Positions 21,601 through 52,029 of a stretch of 64,000 bases of DNA are shown in pieces (within the stretch, counting starts at the first letter, position 1; every line of letters starts with the position of its first letter). The stretch is from Macrostomum lignano. Its lineage: Eukaryota. The DNA lies in assembly GCA_002269645.1 (NCBI GenBank), contig NIVC01000104.1:186001-250000 (forward strand). The letters are read 5' to 3'. The translations under genes and the position numbers were made by a program. Under the pieces are notes generated by a model. The model was not told the DNA's origin and ran no database searches. It was given only the letters and a program-made list of their open reading frames with translations.

Positions 21601-23819
21601 CCGGATAGCACTTGCTGCTGAACGTACATGGTATACGCTTTAAAGGCATCTGCATTGTTAGACTCGGACAAGAATGCCTCTCTTAGATGGCACTCAGCGT
21701 CTGTGGGACTCATTGGTAAATTTTCAATTTCCAAAAATGAGGTGCAGAGGCATAGAGACGTACACAACACTGGTCTAGGACGCTGGTTCTTCTCAAATAT
21801 GGCATTTAGCAAGTAGGTTCTCAGCAGCTTCTTGAGCTTGTGTTCATTAGTCGGTCCTGCTTTGCCTGTCTCGCTGCATCCCATCACTTGAACGTAAATT
21901 GTTCGATGACCGCTTTGGCACTCTTCAATGTCGTGGGTCTGCAGAGTGGAAAGGTCCTCCCACGACTTTACCGTGCTCAGTCGACCTAACTTGCGCATTT
22001 CTTCTTCCATAAAGGTGAAGATGCCTCCTTCCTTGCGGCTATCCCTATCGAAATCCAAAACTACGTCCCATGTGCCTCGACCAAGCGACTTTGCAAGAGT
22101 TTCACGCTCTCTAGCGTTCTTTGCTGCAGAAAACTTTGTGATTATCAAGACTCGGAATGCGTTTTTGGCTTGAATAATGTCTTCTTTCGCCCAGTACAGC
22201 TGGCTTACGTCACATTTTGATTCAAATTGAGAATAGACCAAGTTTCTAAAGTCGTTATCCCAGTTACACTCTTGCACGTTCTGTGCATCGCTTCTTGCAT
22301 ACAACAGTCGCTTTGATTGTTTTTCGGATTTGCTTTTTCGAGAAGCGTCGGCAGTCGACTTCGCACGGCAGTCCCTGAACACAGCCGGACCGGACTCACC
22401 TCTAGGGATCTCTAGCATGCCGTAGCTACCTGCTGGAATAGTGAGTCCCATGTTCTTCAGACAAAGCTCAGAATCAAAACGGATTAGGTGAAAATAACAT
22501 TTCACAAATGGAGTGGTATTGTTTCGAAAACAATCCTGGATCTCTTCCTCGCCCGGGTACTTTGAAAGAGGAGCAAATTCGTGCTTCTTGTCACCAGTCT
22601 TTCTATCAAGCTCCTTCACGCCATAAACAATGTAGGAGCTGAAACAGGACTTGTCAGTCAAGCTGGGCTCCCTCAGGTCCGGGTGAAGTCCGTTGTACAT
22701 GGAACAGGCGGTCTTGAGCATACGGAACTTCCAGTCATTAGACTCGTTCACGGATGTTTTGAAATCGACGTGGGTCGACTCCTTGATATTCTTGCATAGC
22801 AAGTACACAAAAAACTTTTGGTCCCGTGAAAGCTCGTGAAATGCCTTCTCGCTTCGAAGCGGTGGATCTGTAGTTTGAGTTTGAAAAAACGTTTGTCCAG
22901 AATAGTTGAACTATTCATTCATTAATTCAACACAAAAAACTTACGCTTTTTTAACATGACGCTATCAAAATTGTCAGTGTTGATGTTGTTGTCCTCTGCA
23001 TCTGAATTCTCCAGCTGATCCAGCAGCTCGAAACCTATTATTTTTATTTAAAGATTCTATAAATCAGCGCCTGTCTTTTATATCGGAAAACCCTGACACT
23101 GTAGCTCGTATCGTCACTTACGGTTCGTAGAGTTAAGCGAAGGCGTCGTGTGTTTTTCCGTGTGCTGTGCTGGATAGTCTTCAATTTCGTCAGTGGCAGG
23201 TTTCACCAGCAAGAGTCCACTTTGGCCATCTCTCTGTTGGCTTGATGTACTTGTACTTAAATCCCTGTCAGAAGAGGGATTCTGATTTTCACTTTTTGAA
23301 CCCAGAAAGCTCGACGTTCCGGAGACGTTCCTACGGAGCTCATGGCTTTCCACATTGGTGTTGCTCTCCGTTGTAGTCTGCTTGTCGGCGTCAAGTTGAC
23401 TGATGTCACTTTGGTTTGGCTGCTAGAAAAAGCACTGGTTATTTAGGCTGGTTAAGAAGCGCATCTAAGATTAGATATGGTGATTTGACGATAACTTACC
23501 GGTGTTGCTTTGTTCTTGTTTTTTTTCTTTCTCTTGCGTTTTTTGCTTGAAGCATCGGCAGACTGCGGAGGAGGGAGAGGTAAGAGTTGGAGTCATTTGT
23601 ACTGTTGACTCGTAGTTTCCGTATTACTCTGTATTACATTTCGTCTGATTCATCTGATTCACCTCTAAAAAGGTTGAAATCGTAAACAATGTCTACGGGT
23701 TTTATACTCACCGGCGTTAAATTTGGACTATGCCAGCAGAACCATACCAGCACAAGTACGCCAACTAATATTGCAATGGCGATTGTTAATGGATTAACCG
23801 ATTGCAAGTATGGGTGCAT
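18693..23819 (-). CDS. SAMD9: SAMD9/SAMD9L-like protein (AlbA_2, SIR2-like, STAND NTPase, helical repeats, OB) with predicted N-terminal TM anchor; 5 exons, 1578 aa
   Basis: Exons (minus) 23712-23819, 23500-23562, 23122-23422, 22945-23034, 18693-22867, phase-consistent. Family motifs: ESTHVDFK...YIVYGVKE (AlbA_2), WDVVLDFD, IIRLPHEAVSGASTIAKIVLWRLRKEYPC (cf. SAMD9 [29 protein letters not shown]), LPVLVLFD, and C-terminal KVSFAIALAYSGPVPFMI*. The symbol denotes family, not orthology. The four 5' exons are less certain than the large exon. Confidence 0.85.
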
Positions 23820-25649
23820 TGCTTCCTGAGGATGAGGATGGGAGAGCAAAATAAAAATCAAACTAGAAAAGAACCAGACTGAATCTCTAGGCTGGAGCAA
23901 AAACAACTCTATATAGTAACGTCTGATTGTTTTCTCCAGCTTATTGTCAAAGAATACGTTTGCCACAGAGGTCTAGAGGTCTGAACTCGCGTCTGGGCAT
24001 GACTAATATGTAATATCTATCCTCTTCTGCCTCACCGCCACCCCAAGTCAAGCTGGAGCCTGGAATCGTTCCTTCTTTTCTCTTTCCCACTTTGGTCCCC
24101 AATGTACAATTACGCTGCACAATGTGCACAGACTTTTGATGAAGGCCTTTCGTACTAGCTATTTTAAGCATCGCGTGCATTGGTACGCCCTCTCTCCTCC
24201 CTTGCCTCCATCCCTCTGCGCATTAAAAGGGCAAATATCGAAACCGAAAACTGTCTGTCTACTATACAGATGGCCTCAAGATATCTAAGAGTAGTTGCTA
24301 TAGATTGTGCTATCCACGGCTTTTTTGGGAGACGCTAATTCCATCCATTCGGTTTGGAAGACTGAACGACTAAAATAACAACTGTTAGCTAGCTATCTCT
24401 ACTAAACGAAAAACATTAATCTGATCTAAAGTTTGATGCACATTTCACGGAGTAGTTTCAACACTATTGACTCAAAAAATGAACAAGAAATGCTTACTCA
24501 AGGAGTTATCGCGTGTAAGTCAGCAGGCTTCAACCCCCGGCCTGACAACTATATATCATGCTGAAGCAGTTGACCAATAGCAACTCGCTTGTAACTTCAT
24601 CGTCTTTTGTGCTCAACTGTGCACTAGCACACTGTTTGAGAGAATAATATAAGCGTGCAGCTTACGTGTGTATGCGCCTAACCCTTGAGCCTCAGGTCTC
24701 GCAGCTTACTTCTTTGGGAAAAAAATCGAATTCACAGCTGACGGTGTAATTGAGATTAAAACTACCGCTTGAATTTACAGGCTTACGCATGGCTGCAAGC
24801 TGAGAAATTGCCATGTATAGATTGTACTTTATTTTGTGGCATTACGAGCGTAGATACACCACACGGGAGAAGAATGGACGTCGTGTAAATATTAATCCAT
24901 ATTGAGTACGATTGCTCCTTGGCTCCCTGGTAGTTTGATACTCGTATGCCTGAAGGGTTTCCAATGGCAGCAGGAGGTCCACTCCAAATGGGATTTTTAA
25001 AGACGAAAATCTACGAGTTGAGAAATCTACAGTATTACAATTTTATTGTAAATTGTGCCCTCCTAATGCAACAATACAGAATATGAATATTTTATATCAC
25101 TAAAACAAGAAGAATTATATTTTAATAATCGTTACGTTCAGCAACAGTACAGTGAAAATTACTTTATGAAAAATATTTTATTGCTGCTACTATGAGTAGA
25201 CAAAAAGAAACGCACGGACATTTGTAACAATAAAAAATGGTAAAATTCTCTACTATAAGCATTTTTTAGAGTTAGCTATGATGTAGCATATTAACCAGAA
25301 GCACGAAAAGTACCAGAACTCGTAAAAATTGAATGAACGTTGAAAAATATCATAGCTATGAGGTGTACACCGATGGGACAACTCTAAGCATGTAAATTCG
25401 AGTAGATACGGAGCTTTAAGTATTGTAGTTTTGTTCCTTTTGTTAATATTGAATTAAATCAAATTTACTTAAAAGAAAACTGTGCATCAAACCATCAAGG
25501 CGCATGTCTTTTGGATCTTTTCAATGTGTTGTATTTAAAACAAAACAGTTGAAAAAATGTTGTTTTAACTGCAGCTCTTTGAGCGTACATGTACTTGAAG
25601 TTTCAATTCGAATTCTTTAACATCAAGTTGTGCACTTCGTAACAGCCAG

Positions 25650-30017
<4,368 letters not shown>

Positions 30018-30882
30018 GATTTAAAATACAGTTATAAATCAAGGCCCTATAGATGGCCGGGTTACGAGCAACTCACAGGTAAGCGAGAGTTGTTTAAAAA
30101 CTACGTTTAACAAACCGTAGCCGAAGAAATACTGCGCATTGCAGTTCTTCTAAGGCGCTTGTCGAATTTGGAGTGAAATTATAAGAGTAAGAGGAAGTTA
30201 CTCGCAGTTCTTTTGCCTGCTGGCATGCAAATTTTATTCCAACGGGAGAGAGAAAGTCAGTGCTCCAGAACATGGGCAGGGTTCATATTTAAATTTGCTT
30301 TCCTTGTAGTCTATTCACTTCTTCAGAGTACATTCTTGCTCCAAGAGGAGAGAGAGAGACAAGGAAGGGATATATTTAGAGAGGGATAGTACAGAAGTAC
30401 ACATTGCCTGGCTACTCAAAGTCGTTCCCCTCTTCCCATTTTTCCTTTTGTGCAGCCTCCGTTCTAGGGGCGCTCATCGTCCTTCTTCCCCCAATGGAAG
30501 TACTCGTACTCGTATTTATATGCATATATCGAGCTGGAGCTCATCCCATAAAGTTAGCGGGAGATCTCCGTTGATTTCTGCTGCAGAGAATGGCCTTCAC
30601 GTGACCTGACCATAAAGTGAATGCGAATTATTTGGGTCAAGCATTCTGTTTAGCAAAACAGCAGCTGCTTTCCACATGACCATAGTTGTAAGACAGCATA
30701 ATGGATAATGGATAGGAAATGGGATAAGCTTGATGCCAAACAAATTCGTACAACGGTGCAGTGACTCTGAACCATTTCACTTTAACACTAATTCAACACC
30801 AACTTCAACTACAAATAACAAAGAAAAGATTTGTTTGACAGTCAGTCTAATAATATCAATTTTTGCCGTACAAACGCTTGCA

Positions 30883-33800
30883 CTAAACAGCGTCGCCCTC
30901 GCCCTCGCCTTCTTCTTCGTAATCGTCTTCGCCCTCGTTATCGTCTTCGCCCTCTGGCGGCTCCTCAATGAGATCTTCTTCGTCGGTAGTTTTCTTTGCC
31001 AGCGGGACGAACAGCCTGTCAAAGTCAATCTTGCCCACCTGTGGCGGCTCGCTCAGGCTCTTCTTGCCATCCTGCTCAGTTGGTTTTTTCTTCTCTGTCT
31101 TTGACAGTTTCGCCTGCCTAAGTCTGCGCCGCTGTAGAGAGCTCACGCCAGTCAGGTGATCGACCACTGGGTGAGGAACAAAGACGCCCATACGAAAAAA
31201 GTCTTCGCTCTCCCCTAAAATTTCGCCTTGAAGATCATCCTCATCATCGCTTTCTTCTTCGTCGTTGTCGGCATCGTCGGCGTAAGAAGCGTCGTTGCCC
31301 CCCGTTTTCCGTCCACGCTTGAGTTTCTCAATCCTGTCCTGCCGACGATGGGCCTCCAGCTCGGCGTGCCGGATCATCAACTCGTCGCAGACCTGATCGA
31401 CTGCGTAGGCAAGCTTACCGGCCTGGTTGACCGACTCGAGCTTCCAGTCTTGAAAGTTGAAGCCCAGCGCGATTAGCAAACCGAGACAGTAGACAAATAG
31501 GAATGTTCCGATAAAGACTGCAGCGGATCGAATGTATAAACTAGCCGGCAACGGGTCGTGCAAGCTGCGCACGAAAATTGGAAACGATTCGTTCTCGAAG
31601 CACCGGGCTGGTTGGCAGCGACGGTGCTGGCGTCGGAATCCTTCGCAGAATCGGCCGTCTGAGTCGGCAGACTGGCAAGGTCGCTGGCGAAACTGGCCGC
31701 CGATGTTGCCGCAGGCCGGGAAGCAGTCGCTCCACTCGGACCAGTCAGACAGCGTTGAAAATATCTCGCGGCAGTCTTGCCCGGCGTAGCCTTCGTCGCA
31801 TTTGCACTCGACATCGCGCTCGCGGCCAACGCAGACGCCGTTGCCGCAGACTTTGCTCTGGCATTTTCTTGCCGCGAGTTTTGCCGCGGCGCCTCTGCCT
31901 TTGCCGCGACTGCCTCGACAATTGGGGAAGTTGGACACGGTTTTGTTTTCGAAGTAGGGCATGAAGCACGTGCACATGTAGGTGTCGCCGTCCGTCGTGC
32001 ACTTGTTGCCAATGTCGGCCTGTTGAGTTGAGATTAGGAGACTTAGTAGCCTAACAATCTGATAAATTATTTACAAAGCGTTTATTGGAAAAAAATGCAA
32101 CAGACATAACCACGTAAAAATGCAGGAAAAGTCTGACCTATTATTCACTGGTGCACTCTAACCTAATGAAACATGCAAGTCGTTCTGAAGAGCTTGTACG
32201 GCAAACTACCTAGGTTACGTTAGGCTTAGTCTTTTGAGCTTTATTTAGCCATGCTTCTGTTAAGTACTTATCCTAAGATCCTAAGACCTAAAAAGTAGAT
32301 CCTCGGAACACTAGAAGTTACGCTTGTATTCGGATGTAACACTTGAGTACCATGGACAATTCATTAGAAGGCCTAAATTTCATTTAAACGGGCACTTGAA
32401 ACGCGATAGAAACTTAGCACTCAATTGTCAATAATCTCACATTTTGGGCTTTCAAATGCATATAAAATTGGTATGCGTTTGTTTAGAGCTTGATCCATGA
32501 GGCAAAAATTCGTCCATTCAGTGCCTAAAAATGTAGATTTTCTATCTCTCTATCTAATACATGGTTTAGCGAGATAGGACTTTCAAAAAAACTTCCTCAG
32601 AAAGCGAGTGTTGTGTCCGAACGCAACCGTAACTTCATTTTGATCTTTTCATAGATCTCCGGCTAATTTAGCCAATTACCTGACAAAGATCGCGCCCAGT
32701 CTCTGCACTGTGCGGCGTCACTCGTTCCGTGCACCTGTCGGCAATATTGAAACACTTAGACACCGGATCGAAGCCGTGATAGCAGTTGCACATCACATTG
32801 GCCGATTCGTTATTCTTAGATACAACGGTGCACGTTCTTGTCGTCTCTAATTTGCAATCGATGCAACCAGGCGGCCAATAGACTTCTATTCTGCTATGCT
32901 CCCGGCAGGACTCCATCACTATCGTTGATAGGTGACTAAATCCTTTGTCCAGCAATGGAACGAATGGCTCAAAGTTGGCCAGTCGCGTTATAACCCGGTG
33001 CACCGCTGGCCGCCCGTTGCACACGCACATTGGCACCAAGTAGCCTTGCGGCACGTTCTTCACTGTCCAGCCGTTTTTAATGTAACGAGGCACCGAGCTC
33101 TGTGGGCGAAGAGTTTTTTAATTGACAATTCAGTTCATACTGTCTACAGATAAAGCGACACTTAAAAAACCCGGACTTCTTGAAGATTAGTCCAGTGAAA
33201 GAGTGACGTCTTGGTAGAATTATAAATCTGTGGTTGTTGGGATCTTTGATGGTGTTGATTTTAAGTTTGGGAAATATTTTTCTGTAGCTTTAATCTATCT
33301 CCATGTACATGTAGCTTAGAACCAACAACGGATACAGGCCGGGAATTGGAATTTGGGTTTTTGGTGGGGAGAATTATTAAACAGGGGGGGGGAGAATGTA
33401 AACTCTCTAGGACCAACTGACCCGGAAAAAGACTCTGCATGCTCTACCATATCGCCATAACCTTCACCTTCAAGACACTCCTATAGCACAAAGATAGATC
33501 TCACGTGACCGCTCCGCACGCCCCAGGCAAAGGTGCCATTGTCGCCTTGGCAGAGTCCATTGAATATTTGATAGGCCACCCGTGGCAAATCGATGTTGCT
33601 CACAGCCAACTTCGACGAGAGTCGATTTGAGTCCTGCACCAGGTCAATACTGGGCACTGCCGGCAGATCGCTTTCTTGGCTCTTGTTGAGAACTAAAGTG
33701 TCTTTCGTAGAGTCATAATACCCGGAGACTCCGTACTTGGTCCGGTAGATGCGCAGCTGCTCGTACAGCATGAACTTGCCAAAAGTGACCTCTTTGTAAG

Positions 33801-33885
33801 CAGCTTCTACTGGCCTAGACAGCATCAGCATTAGCACTATGGTTGCTACTATGCTAGCAACTGTAGTCAGCAATGACGGCTTCAT
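30883..33885 (-). CDS. Type I membrane protein with EGF-like repeats, a TSP1 repeat and an acidic cytoplasmic tail; 3 exons, 645 aa
   Basis: Exons (minus) 33505-33885, 32680-33099, 30883-32019, all phase 0. Signal peptide MKPSLLTTVASIVATIVLMLMLSRPVEA. EGF CGNGVCV...CKCDEGYAGQDC. TSP1 WSEWSDCFPACG...RQRPC. TM SAAVFIGTFLFVYCLGLLIALGF. D/E-rich tail. Confidence 0.85.
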
Positions 33886-35536
33886 TTCGAAGTGATATGT
33901 AGATCCGCGTTCGTCTTTCAAAAATAGGCGCTAAATAGGCCCCGATCAAAAATAGGCGCTAAAATCTAATCATTTATGGTTTAACTACGACGTGAGTTAA
34001 TTTGAAGCTTAATTCGGCCATAGAAATTAAAAATGGCTCTCGTGAAGGAAGAAACAGAATAAGGACTCCTTAATCTACACTTCTAAAGCTTCACAGCTTT
34101 TACTTTAAACGGTGGTGTACATTTTATCACGCGGCATCGATATATTAATCCCATAGTCTATGGCCCAAATGGGGAGCAGGCTTAACTTTCTGATGTACAT
34201 GTTCGAGTGTAGATTCAATGGGTCTGTTATCTGCCTCCCCCCATGTATTTGAAGTCTAGCATCATCTCCCTCTCATGTATTTGATCAAGTTGCCCAGTTA
34301 TGGCCATAGCTAAATCTAGGTTGCTGAGAAATTCTGTAGATATGCCTGTACCGTATAAGAGGATCTGTCAGATAGACACTGCAAAAAAAATTATAAATCC
34401 TTTTTAGGTTCCCCAGTGCTGCATTTTTGAAGAAAACCACCTACACACGAAAAACTGAAAAATTTAAACAAATACAAATTAGCTAGTTTTCACGTTTTAA
34501 TCGAAGTAGTCAATGAACCACTTGTCTAATGTGTTTATTAATCTTTTGTTAGTTCATTCATTGGTTAAAAACGTGGAACACGTAAAAATAAACAGCTGAA
34601 GGAGCAATCGAAGCTATAAAGCAGACTTGCAAGCAAAGCAAATTAACAGAAATGGAGACAGACGAAGGAATAATATCTGCGTGCATTTAAAGCCAAATTG
34701 AGCCATGAAGCGCGATCCAATTTTCTTTGCAAATTTAAATCAAAGACGAAGCTTATAAAAACAATATAGACAAAATTAAAACAAAGATTTTTGAGCTTGT
34801 GAAACCGTTGTCAATTATTACGAGAGTGTATAAAGCTACTCACTAGATTGAAGCAAAATAAAAAAAATCAATATACACTGTATATTAAGCAGCATATATA
34901 AGATGTCACAGCGTATTTTGAAACCCCAAAAATGTGTTGTTATTTAACATATTATAAAAATGACTCTTCAACTCCTGTATCAAATTACAATCATAATCGG
35001 CGCAAGAACCTGTGACGCGGTGCTTGCGTATGAAATGTTTAGTTTTTCCGATATATTTTCTAAACAGCTAGCTATCGTATATTTAAATTTGTTTCGGAGA
35101 CGAGGTTAATTACTAAATTTTTTGTTTGAGTAATTTGTTCTGTATTGTCTTAGCAAGACACGTTAAGAAACGTTGTTTTACTGCTTTGATAAGAGTTGCG
35201 ATTTAAAAAAATAAAACTCCTCGGGTTATATTAGCTATTAACTTTGCTTGCGTATTGATCTTTTTATGTTAAATACATCAAACCTTCATTAAAAACCTAA
35301 TATGCTTATTAAAGTGAAAATTATATTCGTAAGTTTCCCACCGTTTCTGTTCTACTTACTCTACAAGAGGTATTTTGGCAAACCAAATATACTCTTGTCT
35401 TTCACGAACCAATGCTTGAAAGGATTGCAGAATCTCTACAGATAATTGTAACATATTTGTGGTTAATGTTGTCGATTTATAGACATGGTAATTAAAATAA
35501 AGAATTAATCATTGAACAAGCAACTTCCAAGCAAGA

Positions 35537-48014
<12,478 letters not shown>

Positions 48015-50049
48015 GGCCGACTTGTGTCTGCCCTGCTTACAAAGCGATTGCTTTTAGATTGTGATTGTGAGCTAGATTCTAAGCATGCAATAAATTGAAT
48101 CGTAATTAATAGTTTAAGATTTATAGAGGTAAATTGTTGTATAACATAATATAATAGTTATTAAATAGAAAGATATAAAATATTTTGATACCTTTGTTCT
48201 TAAAAAATCAAATACAATTTAACTCATCTATGCTATAATTTTTGTTAGTATAATATAGTTTAAATGATTGTCTAAAGTACAAAAACATTTTTAGTGTTGG
48301 TTTTTTTCTGGTAAGAATGGTGGAGAAGAAATATAACTCTATCTGATCAGAATTCTTTATAAAAGTGGACAAATATTAGAATTACAAAAAAGAAAGTCTA
48401 TCTGATAAAACTGTTATAGCAAAGATATTTTCACTTTTAGTATATGGATTTCTTCTTTTTTCAAAGTTAGCTTCTTCTGCATCTTTTATGTTTTATTTGA
48501 AATATTGCAAGAAACATTTTGGCTTAAACCAATTTTTAAAAGCATATATTTATTAGTTTGGCTATAGAAAAGGCTATGCTTTACTTTTAGGTTACTTTTA
48601 GATACACTTAATTTTCTTTTTCTCAAGATAAATTATTCATATAAGCATATTTCAAGTTTATTCATTCATACTCTTTCAGACGTCAATTATATACTTATTT
48701 AATTTAAAGTGCATCTTACACAATGTAAACTTTTTGAATATACTATATAGCTGACAGTGTCTGGCACTTTAGTTAATATGATAGATACTGACAGATAATG
48801 ATAGATACTGACAGACCATTTTACATTCTTTGTGTAATTGTGTACGCTCGAAAATTACTGACAGCAGGCTTAAAATGAAAAATACGATATCGAAAAGAAC
48901 AACGCCTATGTACTTTGAGATTAATATGCACTTAGACATTTAAAAAGCTTAGAAACGTATATTTACGATCAAAAAATACATGACATTTTTAATCACAATT
49001 AAAAGTCACTAATACAATCCGTGACCGTGAGGCGTTAAATTACAATCATGTTTAAGTAAAAATCATGACCATGGATTCATGATCATACTCACTTTTATGT
49101 GAGTATCAGGATTCGTGATCATGGTTAGTTTTAACTTATTTAGAAAAGAATTCAAGCATACAAACCTTAGAGATTTAGTATATTTAGATTATGGATTATT
49201 TTGTCTGGTAAATGTTCTATGATTGCTTAGAATTTCAATGAAATTTGTACTGGGCTGCTTCGCCTTCAATCAAAATTTCTGTGAGATGACTTGTTAATTT
49301 GAAAGATATTTAGATTAGTCTAGGCTAGGGAACGCTTTGTAAAACTTTTTTAATGTATCGTGTTAAAATAATTGTTGACAGTAACAGCTAGAGGTATAAC
49401 ACTAAAACAAAACCACACAAATGCTTATACAACGAATTATGTCTAGTAATTAATAAAAGCTAACTAACCACTTTTTTTAACTTACACTTTTATCAATTTT
49501 ATTAAACTAACCCTCATTCCTGAGATGATACTACACGACTGTATTAGTTAAACCCCAGAAGCTAATTAATCTCCGCAAAATAGCTCTCGATTTTTAGATG
49601 GAAATTTCGATTTAATCTTATCTTTGTCTATTTAATTACTTACAAGATGTTGAAATATACATGGAATTATACAGCTGCACTCCACTATCTAGATTTTTTA
49701 TAAGAAAATATTGTACGCGGCGTCGAATGTCGATTTTTTTCATAGAAATTCTCTGTCGAGAACCGAGACTTGTTGCTATTTCATGCATGTTTTTACACTG
49801 TATTTCTATTTGTTATCTGCTATTTTAATTTACTATTTAATTTGCTATTTTAATTATTCTCAAAGTACGCGATCGAAATTAGACTAGAATTATTGTGCTA
49901 TAATTTGTCAAAAAAATTAGACGCTATTTACAAAACCGGCTTGGCCCAGCAAAGTATACGACAACGAAAATCAGCCTTCATTCCCCTTCCACTATTTTTA
50001 CACGAATCGAGAGTGGAAACATCCTTCTATAACGAAGTGGTCCTTGCTG

Positions 50050-50648
<599 letters not shown>

Positions 50649-50790
50649 GGCAGAAATTCTCTGGCCTGAAAACATCAGAAAGATCCGGTCTTGGCCACGA
50701 GGAAGGTGCACCTGTCCTGAGTAAAGGCAGGCCGGGGCATTCACGGATGAAGTGCTCCACATTCTCGACACCGGAGAGGCAGAATGGGCG
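50649..50790 (-). mobile_element. 3'-terminal fragment of a non-LTR retrotransposon
   Basis: The minus frame reads [20 protein letters not shown], resembling the C-terminal CxxC...EHxxxxC motif of LINE ORF2, and runs directly into (GACA)n. Confidence 0.55.
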
Positions 50791-51194
50791 TTATACCTGT
50801 GATAAATCACTTAATAACTTCTTACCTTTTCGAAACATACTTCAAAAATTCAGCCGTCGATGTTTTCCTTAGAACTTCGAGGCTCTCTAGCGTCTATATA
50901 TGTTATCGAGTCAGCATCAGAATTTAGGCTTAAATAAGTTATAATCAATGAATATCTGCTCAGATAAGCCCTAGGTACTTACGCCTACTGTACTGTTGGC
51001 GACTTGGGAAACTGGTAAATCAGACAAAGCTTATAGTTCTGCTGAGAAACAGAGTTCATGTTGTTATATTTTGTTAAACTGATCAGTCAATAATTATGCG
51101 GTCAGGAATCACAGTTCAGAGTGCATACGTCAGTGCCAGCAAGTCTCAAGCTCCGATCAAGTGAGCTGGATGTCAGGTGTGGCTGCGGTAGCAT

Positions 51195-51383
51195 TTAACC
51201 AAGCCTAACCCTGACCCTGACGAACTTCTTGGCGTGGTCGACGGCCTCCTCCGACATGCTGGACTCGTCCACGTTGGACAGAGCCTCCAGAACGGCCATG
51301 GCCTCAGCCTTCTCCTCCTGGGTGGGCACGGCGACAGCCAGGGCTGCGCACAGCAAAAGTCCGAGAGCGAGTTGCCACTTCAT
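51195..51383 (-). CDS. Secreted prepropeptide (signal + acidic spacer + KK + FVRVRVRL-G), copy 1; 62 aa
   Basis: Intronless ORF MKWQLALGLLLCAALAVA-VPTQEEKAEAMAVLEALSNVDESSMSEEAVDHA-KK-FVRVRVRLG*, with start context GCAATCATG. A second copy is at 54057. Confidence 0.85.
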   Translation of the reverse strand: MKWQLALGLLLCAALAVAVPTQEEKAEAMAVLEALSNVDESSMSEEAVDHAKKFVRVRVRLG

Positions 51384-52029
51384 GATTGCTTGAGTAGGAT
51401 CGATTCGAGTGTTTGAGCTGAGTCGAGTCTGAGCTTGTTATCTTGAGCAGTCGGCAGATGCGAATTTATGCACATCGGATTGGCACGTGTTTCCGGTCGG
51501 AGCGGCGACGTTGGTTGAGTTGAAAGCCTTCATGTGAGAAGGGCGGAGCAGAGACTGCATGGCTTGCGTGTCTGTGAAGATTAGGCAGCATTGTTTGCTT
51601 CATGACAGCTAAGCAATCAAAAGTGTGTCTCACCGAGTTTTGTCAGTGCAAGTGTATGCAGCTGAATAGTCTATTTGACTCTTATGACCTTTTATGACTT
51701 TGATTGACACTTTATCGACTCTGAAGTTCTCATCGTTTTGGGCCATTGGCGAGAATTACCCGAAAAGCCACAGTTCGGTCAGCTGCGAGCTGTCAGATTC
51801 AGTCAGCCTCAATCTTCGATGAAGCGGCTTTGATCTCAGATCTAGACAATGTAATCCCTGATAGATGCCCGATACGCTCGTAAGATCTAGCTCGTGCTTA
51901 CAGGAAAGCTGTTTAAGTTATTCTCCCGACCTAGTTAGTCTTCGATTGCCAAAAACGTGTGAGCCACAGGGCTCAAAATAGAACAAGCGTAACAGTGATG
52001 AACTGCTCAACTGGAGCCTTTATTTTTTA

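Noticed and set aside
49055-49125. Imperfect hairpin around ATACTCAC-TTTTAT-GTGAGTAT in an AT-rich region
   Set aside because: Only a short perfect stem; no TSD, second copy or RNA-family motif was seen.
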